From contig CAVPLM010000005.1 in NCBI GenBank assembly GCA_963706025.1, positions 1,088,001-1,152,000 of the forward strand: a stretch of DNA of 64,000 bases. Reading direction: 5' to 3'. The translations under genes were made by a program, and so were the position numbers. The DNA is from an uncultured Actinomycetes bacterium (GTDB lineage Bacteria; Actinomycetota; Thermoleophilia; RBG-16-64-13). Shown here in pieces: positions 1 to 10,270 of this stretch. Every line of letters starts with the position of its first letter. Position 1 is the stretch's first letter. The notes under the pieces are model-generated. The model was not told the DNA's origin. It made no database searches and saw nothing but the letters and a program-made list of their open reading frames with translations.

Positions 1-268
1 GGTCCAGGACGGCGGCGACGGTGGCCGCGGTCTGCTTTTCTTTGTAGGGTGCGGTGGTGGAGGCGAAATACACCCCTCCGATCAATGCGCGGTCCACACC
101 TTTCAGGCAGTCCCGGGCTGCAGCCACAGCCATGGTGAGACTGTCCTCGTCGTAGCTGGCGACGGCCCGCTCGCCCGGTGGGGCCGCGCAGCCCCATGCC
201 CGCGCTATCTCCGCCCGGCTGAGCCGGAACAAAGGTATGTACGCTCCGTAAGAGGCTATTCCGGCCAT
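1..268 (-). CDS. HMG-CoA synthase/PhlA-like thiolase-fold protein, 5' part (runs off window start)
   Basis: Hand translation from ATG 268: MAGIASYGAYIPLFRLSRAEIARAWG...ERAVASYDEDSLTMAVAAARDCL...YFASTTAPYKEKQ. The GAYIP and DEDSLTMA motifs are typical of the HMGS-like family. It starts 9 bp after the previous gene's stop. Confidence 0.8.
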   Translation of the reverse strand, partial: MAGIASYGAYIPLFRLSRAEIARAWGCAAPPGERAVASYDEDSLTMAVAAARDCLKGVDRALIGGVYFASTTAPYKEKQTAATVAAVLD

Positions 269-277
269 ATCAGTCTC

Positions 278-1108
278 TCACTTGCTCAGCACGATCTCGC
301 CGAGAGACTGGTCTTTCGATGTCTTCGTCTTCACACTCTCGGCCTTGTATCCCGGAGCCGCGACCTTGACCGTGTACTCGGTGTTCTCCGCCAGCCCTTC
401 GAACTCGAAATCGCCGAAACCGTTGGTCTTGGTGCTCCGGCTCCCGCCGTTGCCGCTCAAGACCACTTCCACGTCCTTGGCTACCTCATCTATATCGCCG
501 TAGACGACGGTGCCGGCCACGAACTTCTTGGGCAGATGCCGGTAGGTGACCTTCTCTCCCATGACGTATTCGGGGCCCAGGACCTCGGTGGCCCCGGCGG
601 CCACCAGTCTGGCCACGGCACTGGCGGGGTCGTCCAGATCACCGAAGACGAGCGCGCCTGAGGGGCACGATTCCACGCAGCGGGGCTCAGGCTCGCCCGC
701 GTCTAGGAGATGGGCGCAGAAGGTGCACTTCTGGGCCAGCTGGAGCTCCTCGTTCCACTCGATTAGGCGATAGGGGCAGGTCTTGACCAGGCCCTTGTTG
801 CCCTTGGCCTTCTCGGGATCGATGAGGACGATGCCGTCCGCCCGGCGGTAGATGGCCCCGGACTGGTCCAGCTTGACGCAGGCGGCCTCGGCGCAGTGAC
901 TGCAGGTCACGGGGACGTGGTCCACCTTGACGTGCGGATACTGACCACGCTCGATCTCAAGAACTTTCATCCAGTTCATGCCGCTCATGGGCTGGGCGGC
1001 GGAGTAGCCGGGATACTCATTACCGGCGTATTCGTCGCGGCAGGTGAGGAAGCAGTTGTAGCACCCCACGCACTTGTCGACCTCGATCACCATTCCATAT
1101 CTGGTCAC
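278..1108 (-). CDS. 4Fe-4S beta subunit of a DMSO-reductase-family enzyme, pyrogallol transhydroxylase small-subunit type with C-terminal beta-sandwich domain
   Basis: Cys motifs CVGCYNC..C, CSHC...C, CPY, CTFC...CVESCP; extra C-terminal domain (TKTNGFGDFEFEGL); directly follows the Mo subunit. Confidence 0.85.
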   Translation of the reverse strand: MTRYGMVIEVDKCVGCYNCFLTCRDEYAGNEYPGYSAAQPMSGMNWMKVLEIERGQYPHVKVDHVPVTCSHCAEAACVKLDQSGAIYRRADGIVLIDPEKAKGNKGLVKTCPYRLIEWNEELQLAQKCTFCAHLLDAGEPEPRCVESCPSGALVFGDLDDPASAVARLVAAGATEVLGPEYVMGEKVTYRHLPKKFVAGTVVYGDIDEVAKDVEVVLSGNGGSRSTKTNGFGDFEFEGLAENTEYTVKVAAPGYKAESVKTKTSKDQSLGEIVLSK

Positions 1109-1112
1109 TTCG

Positions 1113-3644
1113 CTACGCCTCCCACTTCGAGACTTCTACGAGAAAGGACATGTTGGCTTCGCCGTATGCGTTCTTGCTGGTCATGCGCGAATGCGACAGC
1201 AGGTTCACGCACCCGCCTCGGTCGATTGACTCGGCCACGCCCGGCTCCAACGGATCGTACTTGGCCGCGGCCTGGTAGGAATGGAGCAGTCCCGGACGGC
1301 AGCGTTCGGTCACCAGAGCCACACCGAGCACGCGGGCGCGGTCGTTGTAGACCATGACGATGTCGCCGTCCTTGATGCCCCGCGCTTCCGCGTCGGCAGG
1401 GTTCATGCGCATGGGCCAGTAGGCGTACCCGTTTTTGACGATGCGGTGCTGCCGTATGTCGTTCAGCCACTCGATCTTGTCGTCCTGGTGGGTGTGGTAG
1501 GAGAACCTGGCGTGCGGCGTCATGATGATGAGGGGGTACTTCTTGGCCAGTTCCGACTCGTGCCCCTCATAGAGAGGGATGTAGCGCGGCATGGGCGGCC
1601 GTTCCTCGTCGTCGGGGAAGTACTCCTGGAGTCTCGTCCGCACGAACTCGATCTTGCCGCTCGGGGTAGCCAACTCGGTGGCTTTGTCGGTCCCCTGCAG
1701 CGGGTTGAAGCGGTCGGGGGTGTCGACCGGCCGACCCTCGTAGTACCACTTGTTGGAGACGGTGGGCTTGTAGTCCTCAGGTAGCGACGGCACCACGAAG
1801 TAGCCCTTTTCTTTAAACTCCTCGTAGGTTACGTGCTTGGGCAGGTCGGTGTAGTCGAAGACCTTCCGTATCCAATCCTCTTCCGAGTTGCCCTCGGTGT
1901 ACTCCTCCAGGAAGCCCAGGCGCTCGGCCAGTTCGCAGTAGATCTGGTAGTCGGGCTTGGATTCCCACAGAGGCTCGATGCACTTCTGCTGGTACATGAG
2001 GATGCGGTGGTTGCAGTTGACGTTGCCGTTGCCGTAACCACCTGGCTGGGCCCACTCGGAGATGTCTTGGTGCTCGAAGTTGGTACTTGCCGGCAGGATG
2101 ACATCGCCGAAGGTGGTCTCACTCTGCCAGTGGCAGTCCTGCATGACCACGAACTCCAGCTTGGGCGACTGGTACATCCGCACCCATTTGCTGGTGTCGG
2201 TCATAGTGGAGATGAAGGAGCCGCCATGGCGGTGGATCATCCGGATCTCGGCGCCGTTCGGACCGGGCTCGGGGTACTGCATGGGCTTGAACTGCTGCTC
2301 GGCATACTGCACGCAGAAGCCTTCGCCCAGCCACTCTATGTGGCCGTCCAGGATCGCTTCGGGCAGGAGAACACGGTAGACCTTCTGAGTGACCTGGTTA
2401 CGGTCCGGGAAGGTGGGCTGCTTGGCGACCAAGCCGAAGACGTCCCACCCCACGTCGGAATAGCCGGCGCTCTTGAAGCTCATGTCGAGCGGTGCGCCGT
2501 GAGCGGTACCGCCCCAGAGGTTGACCCCGTCCTTACCGATACCCGTCATGGCAGCCAGGTGGATCATAAGGCTGCACCACTCGGTGGCATACGAGTTGCG
2601 GCAGGCGCCGGCGGTGCCGTACTGGGTGCCGGTAGCGATCATGGTCTTCTTGGACGCCCACTGCTGAGCCACCGCCTTGATGGTGTGAGCGGGGATGTCA
2701 CAGATGGGGGCAGCCCACTCCGGAGACTTGGGGATACCATCGGTCTCGCCCAGGATGTAGGCCTTCCACTCGTCGAAGTGGACGGTGCGGTTTTCGATGA
2801 ACCAGTGGTCGTAGGTGTCATCTACGATCCACTGGTAGGCGATGGCCTGCGCCAAAGCGGCGTCGGTGCCGGGCCGCGGAGCCAGCCACTTGTCGGCCAT
2901 ATGCGCTGCGGTGGCGTTGCAGTACGGGTCGATGAAGATGCCCGTGACACCCAGTTCCCTGAGCCACTCCCTCCAGATGACGGTCTCCTGGCCGCCGTAG
3001 CCACCGGCAGACGTGTTGGGATCCACGGACCAGTAGATGACCTGCTCGGTGTGCTTCAGGGCCTCGGCCAGCATGTCGAAGGCGTCGCTCTGGCCGAATC
3101 TCCAATACCAACCCCAGGTGTGCACGCTGCCCCAGTGCCAGCCTTCCCAGGAATCGGGGTTATCCAGGAGCTGGGTGTAGCCCAGGATGTTGTAGAAGCG
3201 GGGCATGGGGCCCATCTTGTAGTAGAGGAGACCGTAGTTGTGGTGGGAGGACACAAAGGCCGTGATGGCCGCCTTCCCGTAGGTACCCTGGATGCGCTTG
3301 ATCTCGCTCGTGACGATGTCCAGTGCCTCGTCCCAGCTGATGCGCACGTATTCGTCCTTGCCCCTGAGCTCGGGATGCCGCTCGCCGTTGGGGTCGAAGT
3401 TCTTGCGCTTCATGGGATACTTGATGCGGTTCTCCGCATAGACGCGCATGCGCTCGGCTATGTTGAAGGAGTTGATGGTGGTCTTCCGGGGATCGGAGAA
3501 CTTCTTGCCCTTGGCCTCGATGGTCCAGTGGCCGCCGTCCTCTTCGGTCAGACGCAGGGGGCGCATGCGGGTGATGACCCCGTCCTTGACGGTGACCTTC
3601 ACCATGCCCCCGATGCAACAGTTGATGAATTCTTGCTCTGCCAT
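1113..3644 (-). CDS. Molybdopterin oxidoreductase alpha subunit, pyrogallol hydroxytransferase (AthL)-like, copy 2
   Basis: 843 aa; RIKYPMKR, NPDSWEGWHWG (putative Ser Mo ligand), PRPGTDAALA, GDVILPAST, and a C-terminal molydopterin-binding domain; no Tat signal and no N-terminal FeS motif. Confidence 0.85.
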   Translation of the reverse strand: MAEQEFINCCIGGMVKVTVKDGVITRMRPLRLTEEDGGHWTIEAKGKKFSDPRKTTINSFNIAERMRVYAENRIKYPMKRKNFDPNGERHPELRGKDEYVRISWDEALDIVTSEIKRIQGTYGKAAITAFVSSHHNYGLLYYKMGPMPRFYNILGYTQLLDNPDSWEGWHWGSVHTWGWYWRFGQSDAFDMLAEALKHTEQVIYWSVDPNTSAGGYGGQETVIWREWLRELGVTGIFIDPYCNATAAHMADKWLAPRPGTDAALAQAIAYQWIVDDTYDHWFIENRTVHFDEWKAYILGETDGIPKSPEWAAPICDIPAHTIKAVAQQWASKKTMIATGTQYGTAGACRNSYATEWCSLMIHLAAMTGIGKDGVNLWGGTAHGAPLDMSFKSAGYSDVGWDVFGLVAKQPTFPDRNQVTQKVYRVLLPEAILDGHIEWLGEGFCVQYAEQQFKPMQYPEPGPNGAEIRMIHRHGGSFISTMTDTSKWVRMYQSPKLEFVVMQDCHWQSETTFGDVILPASTNFEHQDISEWAQPGGYGNGNVNCNHRILMYQQKCIEPLWESKPDYQIYCELAERLGFLEEYTEGNSEEDWIRKVFDYTDLPKHVTYEEFKEKGYFVVPSLPEDYKPTVSNKWYYEGRPVDTPDRFNPLQGTDKATELATPSGKIEFVRTRLQEYFPDDEERPPMPRYIPLYEGHESELAKKYPLIIMTPHARFSYHTHQDDKIEWLNDIRQHRIVKNGYAYWPMRMNPADAEARGIKDGDIVMVYNDRARVLGVALVTERCRPGLLHSYQAAAKYDPLEPGVAESIDRGGCVNLLSHSRMTSKNAYGEANMSFLVEVSKWEA

Positions 3645-3648
3645 ACCT

Positions 3649-6214
3649 TTACGCCTCCCACTTTGCGATCTCGACCAGGCAGGAATTCTGGGCTTCGCCC
3701 GGGACGTTCTTTGAGACCAACTTGCTGGGGGTCAACAGGTTGACGCAGCCGCCCCTGTCGGGGCTGCCGGCCTTGCCCGGCTCCAGCGGATCGTACTTAG
3801 CCGCCGCTTCGTATGAGTGGACGGTCCCCGGCCTCACCCGTTCGGTCACCAAGGCGGCACAGATGACCGTGCCGCGGTCGTTGAAGACCTTCACCAAGTC
3901 GCCATGCTTGATGCCGCGCGCCTTGGCATCCTCCGGGTTGATGCGCACCGGCCAATAAGCGTAGCCGTCCACCTTGACCCGGTGCTGCGGTATGTCGTCC
4001 AGCCAGAAGCTCTTGTTGTCGTGATGGGTGTGATACGAGAACCGCGGATGCGGTGAGATCATCTGTAGTGGCCACTTCTCGACAAGACCCTTGGTGTCGT
4101 AGCCTTCCCAGCTGGGGATGTACCGGGCCATGGGCGGCCGCTCTTGGTCGTTCGGGTCGAAGGCCATGAGGGTCTGGGACACGAACTCCACCTTACCGCT
4201 GGGAGTGGCCAGGTTGGGCCCATTGAACGGCGGGTTCGGAGGATTCCTCTTCTCCGAGGGCACGTCAGCGTCGCGGCCCTCATAGAACCAGCGGAAAGAG
4301 ACCTTGGGCTCTTCATCATCGGGTCTACACGGCACCACGAAGTAGCCCTTCCTCTTGAACTCCTCGTAGGTGATGTACTTGGGCAGGTCGGACTTCTTGA
4401 AGACGATGCGGTTCCAGCCCTCGATATCGTGGCCTTCGGTGTACTCGTCCTTGAAGCCCAATCTCTCAGCCAGAAGCGTGTAGATCTCGTAATCGGGCTT
4501 GGACTCCCACAGCGGCTCGATGCACTTGTGCTGGTAGATGCAGATGCGGTGGTTGGCGTTGAAGTCGTTGAACCCGTAGCCGCCCGCTGCACCCCACTCT
4601 GAGAGGTCGGAGTGCTCGAAGTTGGTGCTGGCGGGCAGGATGACGTCGCCGAACTTGGTCTCGCTCTGCCAGTGGCAGTCCTGCATGACTACGAACTCGA
4701 GGTTGGGGTGCTGATACATCTGCACCCACCTGTTGGTCTCGCTCATGGTGCTGATGAACGAACCGCCGTGGCGGTGGATCATCTTGATGGGAGCGCCGTC
4801 GGGCCCTTCCTCCGGACAGGTGAAGCGATGGAACTGCTGCTCGATGTTCTGGCCGCAGAAGCCTTCGCCGATCCAGCTCACCGGGGGGTTCATGACGATC
4901 TCCGGCAGCAGAAGACGGTACGTCTTCTGAGTCACCGGGTTGCCGACAGGGAAGTACGACTTTTCCGCCACAGTCCCGAAGGCGTCCCAACCGTTGTCGG
5001 AGTAGCCGAACATGTGGAAGCCCATATCGAGGGGCGAACCTTTGCCGGTGCCTCCCCAGAAGTTGACCCCCGGCTTGCCGAAGCCCTGCATGGCCATGAG
5101 GTAGATGCACAGGCGGCACCACTCGGTGGCGTACGCCTGACGGCAGGCGCCGGCGGCTCCAAAGATGCTGGCCACGGCCAACATGGTCTTCTTGGCCGCC
5201 CACTCGCGCGCCAAAGCCGTGATGGTGTGAGCCGGGACGTCACAGATAGGCGCCGCCCACTGCGGGGTCTTGGGCGTTTTGTCCTCGCCCTGGCCCAGGA
5301 TGTGCTTCTTCCATTCGTCGAAGCCGTAGGTCCGGTTCTCGATGAAGAAGTGATCGTAGGTGTCATCGGTGAGCCACACGTACGCGACGGCCTCCGCCAG
5401 CGCAGCGTCGGTGCCCGGGCGCGGAGCGATCCACTTGTCGCCCATGGTGCTCATGGTGCAGTTGTTGTGGGGGTCGATGACCACGAACTGGATGCCCAGC
5501 TCCTTCATCCAGTGCCGCCAGATGAGGTTCTCTTGGCCGCTGTACATGTAGGAGGTGCTGTTCGGATCCACCGACCAGAAGATGATCTGCTCGGTGTGCT
5601 TGAGCGCATCCTGCAGCAACTCGGACTGCTCGCAATGACCGAGGCGCCACCAGTAGCCCCAGGCGTGCGTCGCCCCCCAGTGCCACCCCTCCCAGCTATC
5701 GGGGTTGTCGAGGCACATGCTGTAGCCCAGGATATTGAAGAAGCGGCCGAGAGGGCCGAGTTTGTAGTGCAGGAAGCCCCAGTTGTGGTGCGAGGAGGTC
5801 ATGGCGGTGATGGCCGCCCGGCCGTACGTTTCCCGGATGCGGGTGATCTCCCCCGCCACGAGGTCGAGGGCCTCATCCCAGGAGATGCGCACGTACTCGT
5901 CCTTGCCGCGAAGCTCCGGATGGCGGTCGCCGGCGGGGTCGAAGTTCTTGCGTCGCATCGGATACTGGATGCGATTGTTGTAGACACGCTGCCGCTCGGG
6001 CACTTCCCAGCGACTGCAGCGTGGTCTTGCGCGGTGGGGTGTATTTCTTCCCCCGCGCCTCGATGGTCCACGACGGAGCGTCAGACTCGTCGAAGATGAT
6101 GGGGCGCATCCGGGTGATGACGCCGTCCTTCACATAGACCCTGACGGGTCCACCGACCGTGCACTGTATGAACACCTGTTCATCTGACATCCCACTACTC
6201 TGGTCGAAGGACAT
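3649..6214 (-). CDS. Molybdopterin oxidoreductase alpha subunit, AthL-like, copy 1 (one apparent +1 frameshift near 6010)
   Basis: ORF 5873..6277 gives the N-terminus (QCTVGGPVRVYVKDGVITRMRP...PPRKTT) and ORF 3649..6003 the rest; removing one base near 6010 joins them; AAGGAG RBS before ATG 6214; NPDSWEGWHWG motif. Confidence 0.8.
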
Positions 6215-6291
6215 TGCATTCTCCTTCAGCGGGGCGTGGCTGTCGTGCTTCTGGCTCCCCATGGGGGCCAGAAGCACAGTGGTCAGGCCGG

Positions 6292-7485
6292 CTAGAGTTC
6301 GACAAACTGGATGAAGACCGGGTTCTGAACCGGGACTTCCGTCAGGACCTTCAGGCTTCCATCATTTGCGTCTACCGCATATGACCGGATCACATCCGCC
6401 GGGCGATCCGGGACGAGCAGGAATGCGCCGTCGGGCGAGAGCGTCATGCAGCGTGTTGCGTCTTTGGGATCCTCAGATTTGCTTAGCTCAACCCGTCCAG
6501 CCTTCTTGAGATGGCCATCCTCAGAGATGCTGAACCAGACGACGTCATCTTGTCCCCGGTTGTTCATATACACGAAACGGCCGTTCGGATGCACCTGCAA
6601 GGTGGCCGTCTCGTTGCGTCCCGTGAACCCGGAGAGCGTCGATTGCTTGTCGATGAAACTCAGCACCCCGCTGGAACTATCGAAGTCGAAGGACCAGAGT
6701 TCAGAAGAGAACTCGCACGTCATGAACATGCGGCCTTTCCTATCAAAGGCAGCATGCCTGGGACCGGTTCCCGCCGGGCACTGGTAAACAGAGGCGAGCG
6801 TCAGTCTTCTTCCTCCGATCCGGTAGACGTAGATCCGCTCCCCTGCCTTTTCGCACACCACCAGGAACTTGCCTGAGGGGTCGATCACGACGATGTGCGC
6901 GTGAGGACTGGCCTGCGCGTGGCCTCCGCCCTGCGGGGAATCGTTCGGATCCGTGCCATATCCGGTCAGTACATGCACGTCTTGAACTTCACCGATGGAA
7001 CCGTCCTCTTCAAGCCCGTACTGGACGACCGTCGAATCGTCATATTCGAACTTCTCCACCCACTTGCCATCAGCAATCTCGACCGCTTTAACCACGTGAT
7101 CGAAGAAGCCATGGTTGGCAGTGAAGAGGAGCTTCTTGTCTTCGTCAACGGTTATAGAGGCCGGCATTGCCCCCAAAGACGGCTGCCTGTTCAGAAAGGT
7201 CAACTGTCCGGACTGCGGATCCACCTTGAACGCTAGTACGCCCGAGGCCGGCTTCTTGGGTCCTCGTCCGTCGGTCTTCCTTTCGTCGACCGCATAGAGG
7301 ACCTTCGCTTCTGGTGCATAGGCGAGATATCCCGCCCTCTTCGGCATATCCTCCACACCGCCTGGAAAGGGCGTGATGCTGCTTCCATCCGCGCTGATTT
7401 CAAAGACCGAGATGCCGCCGCCCTCAAATCTATCAACGTGATTGCGTCCCACGTAAGCAATCAGCCGCTTCTTGTCCGTGCTCAC
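6292..7485 (-). CDS. Lactonase family beta-propeller (6-phosphogluconolactonase/cycloisomerase 2-like)
   Basis: SPHAHIVVIDPSGKF, GTGPRHAAF and VHPNGRFVY motifs. Confidence 0.85.
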   Translation of the reverse strand: MSTDKKRLIAYVGRNHVDRFEGGGISVFEISADGSSITPFPGGVEDMPKRAGYLAYAPEAKVLYAVDERKTDGRGPKKPASGVLAFKVDPQSGQLTFLNRQPSLGAMPASITVDEDKKLLFTANHGFFDHVVKAVEIADGKWVEKFEYDDSTVVQYGLEEDGSIGEVQDVHVLTGYGTDPNDSPQGGGHAQASPHAHIVVIDPSGKFLVVCEKAGERIYVYRIGGRRLTLASVYQCPAGTGPRHAAFDRKGRMFMTCEFSSELWSFDFDSSSGVLSFIDKQSTLSGFTGRNETATLQVHPNGRFVYMNNRGQDDVVWFSISEDGHLKKAGRVELSKSEDPKDATRCMTLSPDGAFLLVPDRPADVIRSYAVDANDGSLKVLTEVPVQNPVFIQFVEL

Positions 7486-7515
7486 GTCTCTTCTCCTGTC
7501 TAGCGTTCTGTTCTC

Positions 7516-8670
7516 TTACAGTTTTGGAGGCACGCCGGGAAGATCGGGGTACTTGGCCGCGACCTCGAGCACTCTCGGATCCTGCAGGCACATGAGGTAG
7601 CCGTTGTCGTAGACAAGCTTGTCGTTGACCTTGAGGGTGACGTTGCGGATGTCCGCGGTGATATGCGGATAGTAGTTGTAGTTCTCATTGGCCGGGGCCG
7701 AGCCGACGTGCCAGTGCACGTTCGAGTGGTGCGAGTGGTCGATTATCCGCTTGTAGATCGCGTGCGGGCACTGGGCATCCGTGACCTTCGCGTTCGGGTG
7801 GATGCCGAAGTGGAAGGTGTCGAACTTCCACATGCCGTCGCCGACCTTGCCTTCCATGACCTTCAGGAAGCGATTGATCGCGTCGGCTTCTTTGCCGCCC
7901 GAGATCTTGACCATGCGGCTGTCCTTGACGTCCACACGGACCGGTTCCTTCCAGGCCGGGGGGAGGCCCATGTAGCGCGACCACCAGGGGAGCATGCAGT
8001 CGAAGAAGAAGACGCCGTTGACGTCCTTACTGTTGATCGGAGGGTGGACCCACTCGGGGTAAGGGATGTAGTGGCTCGCATCCCTGCGCCAGGAGTTGTA
8101 GGGCATGCCGGGGATGCCGGGGCGCTGCACCGGATCGAGCGAGTAGCCTTCGAGCTCCGTGCCGTTGGGATCGGTCATCACCCATTTGGCCTCATGGGTC
8201 ATGAAGGGATCGGAGCTTACGTGGCGGACCATGACCACGAGCTCATGCGGCGTCTGGGCCCACTCGCTCATCAGGAGCGAGGCGGTGACGGGGAACATGC
8301 GCACGTACCAGGTCTTGACCTCTTCGATGTACTTGCGGAACTCGGCGACCTCTTCGATGGCCAGGTCGAGGGAGGTATTGATGAACAGATCGGCGTTGGC
8401 GATGGCGCCCTTGACGACGGGCGGCAGGCGCCACTCGTGGGCCTTCATCACCTCGTCGATCCAGAGGATCGAGCAGTTGGCGCCGCGCGACTGGACCACA
8501 GCCTGGGTCCAGCTGATGGCCTGCTCATCGACCAGGTTGTCACTGCCATAGAGGCCGTCGCTGTGGGCCAGGATGACGACCTCCATGCCCGGCTTGACCT
8601 GGGCGTCGTGGTCCACCATCTGGATGAGCGAGTTCAGCGCTGCCTTGGGAATGCCCAATTGATGACTCAC
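7516..8670 (-). CDS. M29/aminopeptidase T-like fold metalloprotein (NicX-like), function unknown
   Basis: 384 aa; TDPNGTELEG, FHFGIHPNAK, HWHVGS and C-terminal KLVYDNGYL resemble the thermophilic metalloprotease/NicX fold. Confidence 0.5.
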   Translation of the reverse strand: MSHQLGIPKAALNSLIQMVDHDAQVKPGMEVVILAHSDGLYGSDNLVDEQAISWTQAVVQSRGANCSILWIDEVMKAHEWRLPPVVKGAIANADLFINTSLDLAIEEVAEFRKYIEEVKTWYVRMFPVTASLLMSEWAQTPHELVVMVRHVSSDPFMTHEAKWVMTDPNGTELEGYSLDPVQRPGIPGMPYNSWRRDASHYIPYPEWVHPPINSKDVNGVFFFDCMLPWWSRYMGLPPAWKEPVRVDVKDSRMVKISGGKEADAINRFLKVMEGKVGDGMWKFDTFHFGIHPNAKVTDAQCPHAIYKRIIDHSHHSNVHWHVGSAPANENYNYYPHITADIRNVTLKVNDKLVYDNGYLMCLQDPRVLEVAAKYPDLPGVPPKL

Positions 8671-8698
8671 GATCTCTCTCCTTTGTTCTCTTACGCCA

Positions 8699-9211
8699 CT
8701 AGGTGTCTAAGCCCGCGCGACCGTTGGGGTCGAGCGGGAAATGCAGGTGCCACTCAGGGATCCCTAGATCCTCGAGCACCTTTCCTCTGAGTTTGAACAG
8801 GGTCGTCGCCAAACGCTCACGCTCGCTCTTGGTGAGCACCGAGAAGAGCCGCCGGTCGGTCTCGTTGTGGAGCGACTGCCTGAACACATCCAGGCCTTTT
8901 TCCGTCAGGCTGACCTCGATCCGCGACCGGCCGGCCGACTTCTCTCGCTTGATCAGCCCGTCTTTTTCCATGCGCTTGAGCATCTCAGTGACGGAGTTGA
9001 GCTCGCGGAAGAGATCCCGCGCGATCTCGACGGGCGTCGCCCGGCCCCCGTTATTCTGGATGATGAACAGCACAGCCCGTCGTTCGTTGCTGATACCGAA
9101 GCGCGCGTAGTCCCTCTCCCGCGCCCTGAGGATCGCGTCTTTCGTCTGGGCGATCAGCACCCACAGCATGAAGTACTCATCCGGGAGCTGCGTGTCTTCG
9201 GTAACGGGCAT
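8699..9211 (-). CDS. MarR family transcriptional regulator
   Basis: 170 aa; winged helix (SVTEMLKRMEKDGLIKR...VSLTEKG). Confidence 0.9.
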   Translation of the reverse strand: MPVTEDTQLPDEYFMLWVLIAQTKDAILRARERDYARFGISNERRAVLFIIQNNGGRATPVEIARDLFRELNSVTEMLKRMEKDGLIKREKSAGRSRIEVSLTEKGLDVFRQSLHNETDRRLFSVLTKSERERLATTLFKLRGKVLEDLGIPEWHLHFPLDPNGRAGLDT

Positions 9212-9212
9212 C

Positions 9213-10253
9213 TCATTCCCCTATCTTGAAGAGCCTCTGCGCATTCCCACTCAGAATAAGGGATTTGCTCTCTTCGGGAATGTCCAGGTTCTTGACGAAG
9301 TCGATACCGGTCACGAACCAATCCCGCCTGACCGGATATGAGCTGCCATACAGGATGTGGTCGGCCCCCAAGACCTCCACCGCGCACTCGAGTTGGGCCT
9401 TGCCCCACTGCATGGCGCCGGAGGTATCGTAGAAGATGTTCTTCTCGAGACGGTCCCATGCCGTATCGGCGCTGTCGAAGCGTTCCAACTCTTCCTTGGA
9501 CCTGCGAGAGCGGGGCGCCAGCATGTTGGAGTACGCAAAGAAGCCGCCGCCCAGCATGGTGTGGATGAGCTTGAGGTTGGGACACTCCTCAAACAGGTCG
9601 CTAAAGATCTCGCGGCCCACCCCGGTAGCCTGATCGACACAACGGCCGTATTGGCGGCGCTGGTTGGTGTACTTGATCAGTGAGGCATAGTCCACCGGCA
9701 GCGGGGTGTGGTGGACGACTACGGGGACATCGAGCTTGTTGAGTTCCCTGAAGTAGGGGCGAAACTCCGGCTCGTCCAGGTATAGGCTGCCGTAGTGGAC
9801 GGCCATCTGCACTCCCGAGAAGCCGAGTTTGTTCAAGCAGCGCTCGACCTCGGCAAGGCACTCGGGGGTGCCCCACGGGGGCGCCACGGCCAGAGTGCAG
9901 AACCGACCGGGATACTTGTTGATGTGCGCGTACAGCTTGTCGTTGACCTGCCTGCACTGTTCGAGCGAGAGCCACTCCTGCCAGCAAGGGACCCGCAGGA
10001 CGCCGATGCCCACTCCGGCGGCGTCCATGTCCTTGAGCTGGGTCTCGATGTCGTACTGATTCTCGGCGTAGTTGAGGTTCTCGTAACCCTGCGGCTTCTC
10101 CAAGACGATCTGCTGGAGGTCGGTGCCCGGCATGGGCTTGACGCAGCCGTACCACTCATCGTCGTTCGGGACACAACTGACGAAAGAGTCCCTCAGCGCC
10201 ACGTCCGTGAAAAGGTCTTCGGGAAGCCAATGCATATTGGCGTCTATGATCAT
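9213..10253 (-). CDS. Amidohydrolase_2 family protein (ACMSD / aromatic-acid decarboxylase-like)
   Basis: IIDANMHW, PVVVHH, PNLKLIH.LGGG, FYDTS and LGADHILYGSSYP motifs. Confidence 0.85.
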   Translation of the reverse strand: MIIDANMHWLPEDLFTDVALRDSFVSCVPNDDEWYGCVKPMPGTDLQQIVLEKPQGYENLNYAENQYDIETQLKDMDAAGVGIGVLRVPCWQEWLSLEQCRQVNDKLYAHINKYPGRFCTLAVAPPWGTPECLAEVERCLNKLGFSGVQMAVHYGSLYLDEPEFRPYFRELNKLDVPVVVHHTPLPVDYASLIKYTNQRRQYGRCVDQATGVGREIFSDLFEECPNLKLIHTMLGGGFFAYSNMLAPRSRRSKEELERFDSADTAWDRLEKNIFYDTSGAMQWGKAQLECAVEVLGADHILYGSSYPVRRDWFVTGIDFVKNLDIPEESKSLILSGNAQRLFKIGE

Positions 10254-10270
10254 CCTCTACCTCCACCCAG

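Noticed and set aside
1833-3743. Long antisense ORFs (for example 1833..3743, 4612..6099, 12209..14131, 23912..25522, 32489..34075)
   Set aside because: Shadow frames opposite well-supported genes, expected from high-GC codon bias; no recognisable motifs.
5995-6015. Programmed frameshift in the first Mo subunit gene
   Set aside because: No slippery sequence, and similar single-base indels occur throughout the window, pointing to sequencing error.
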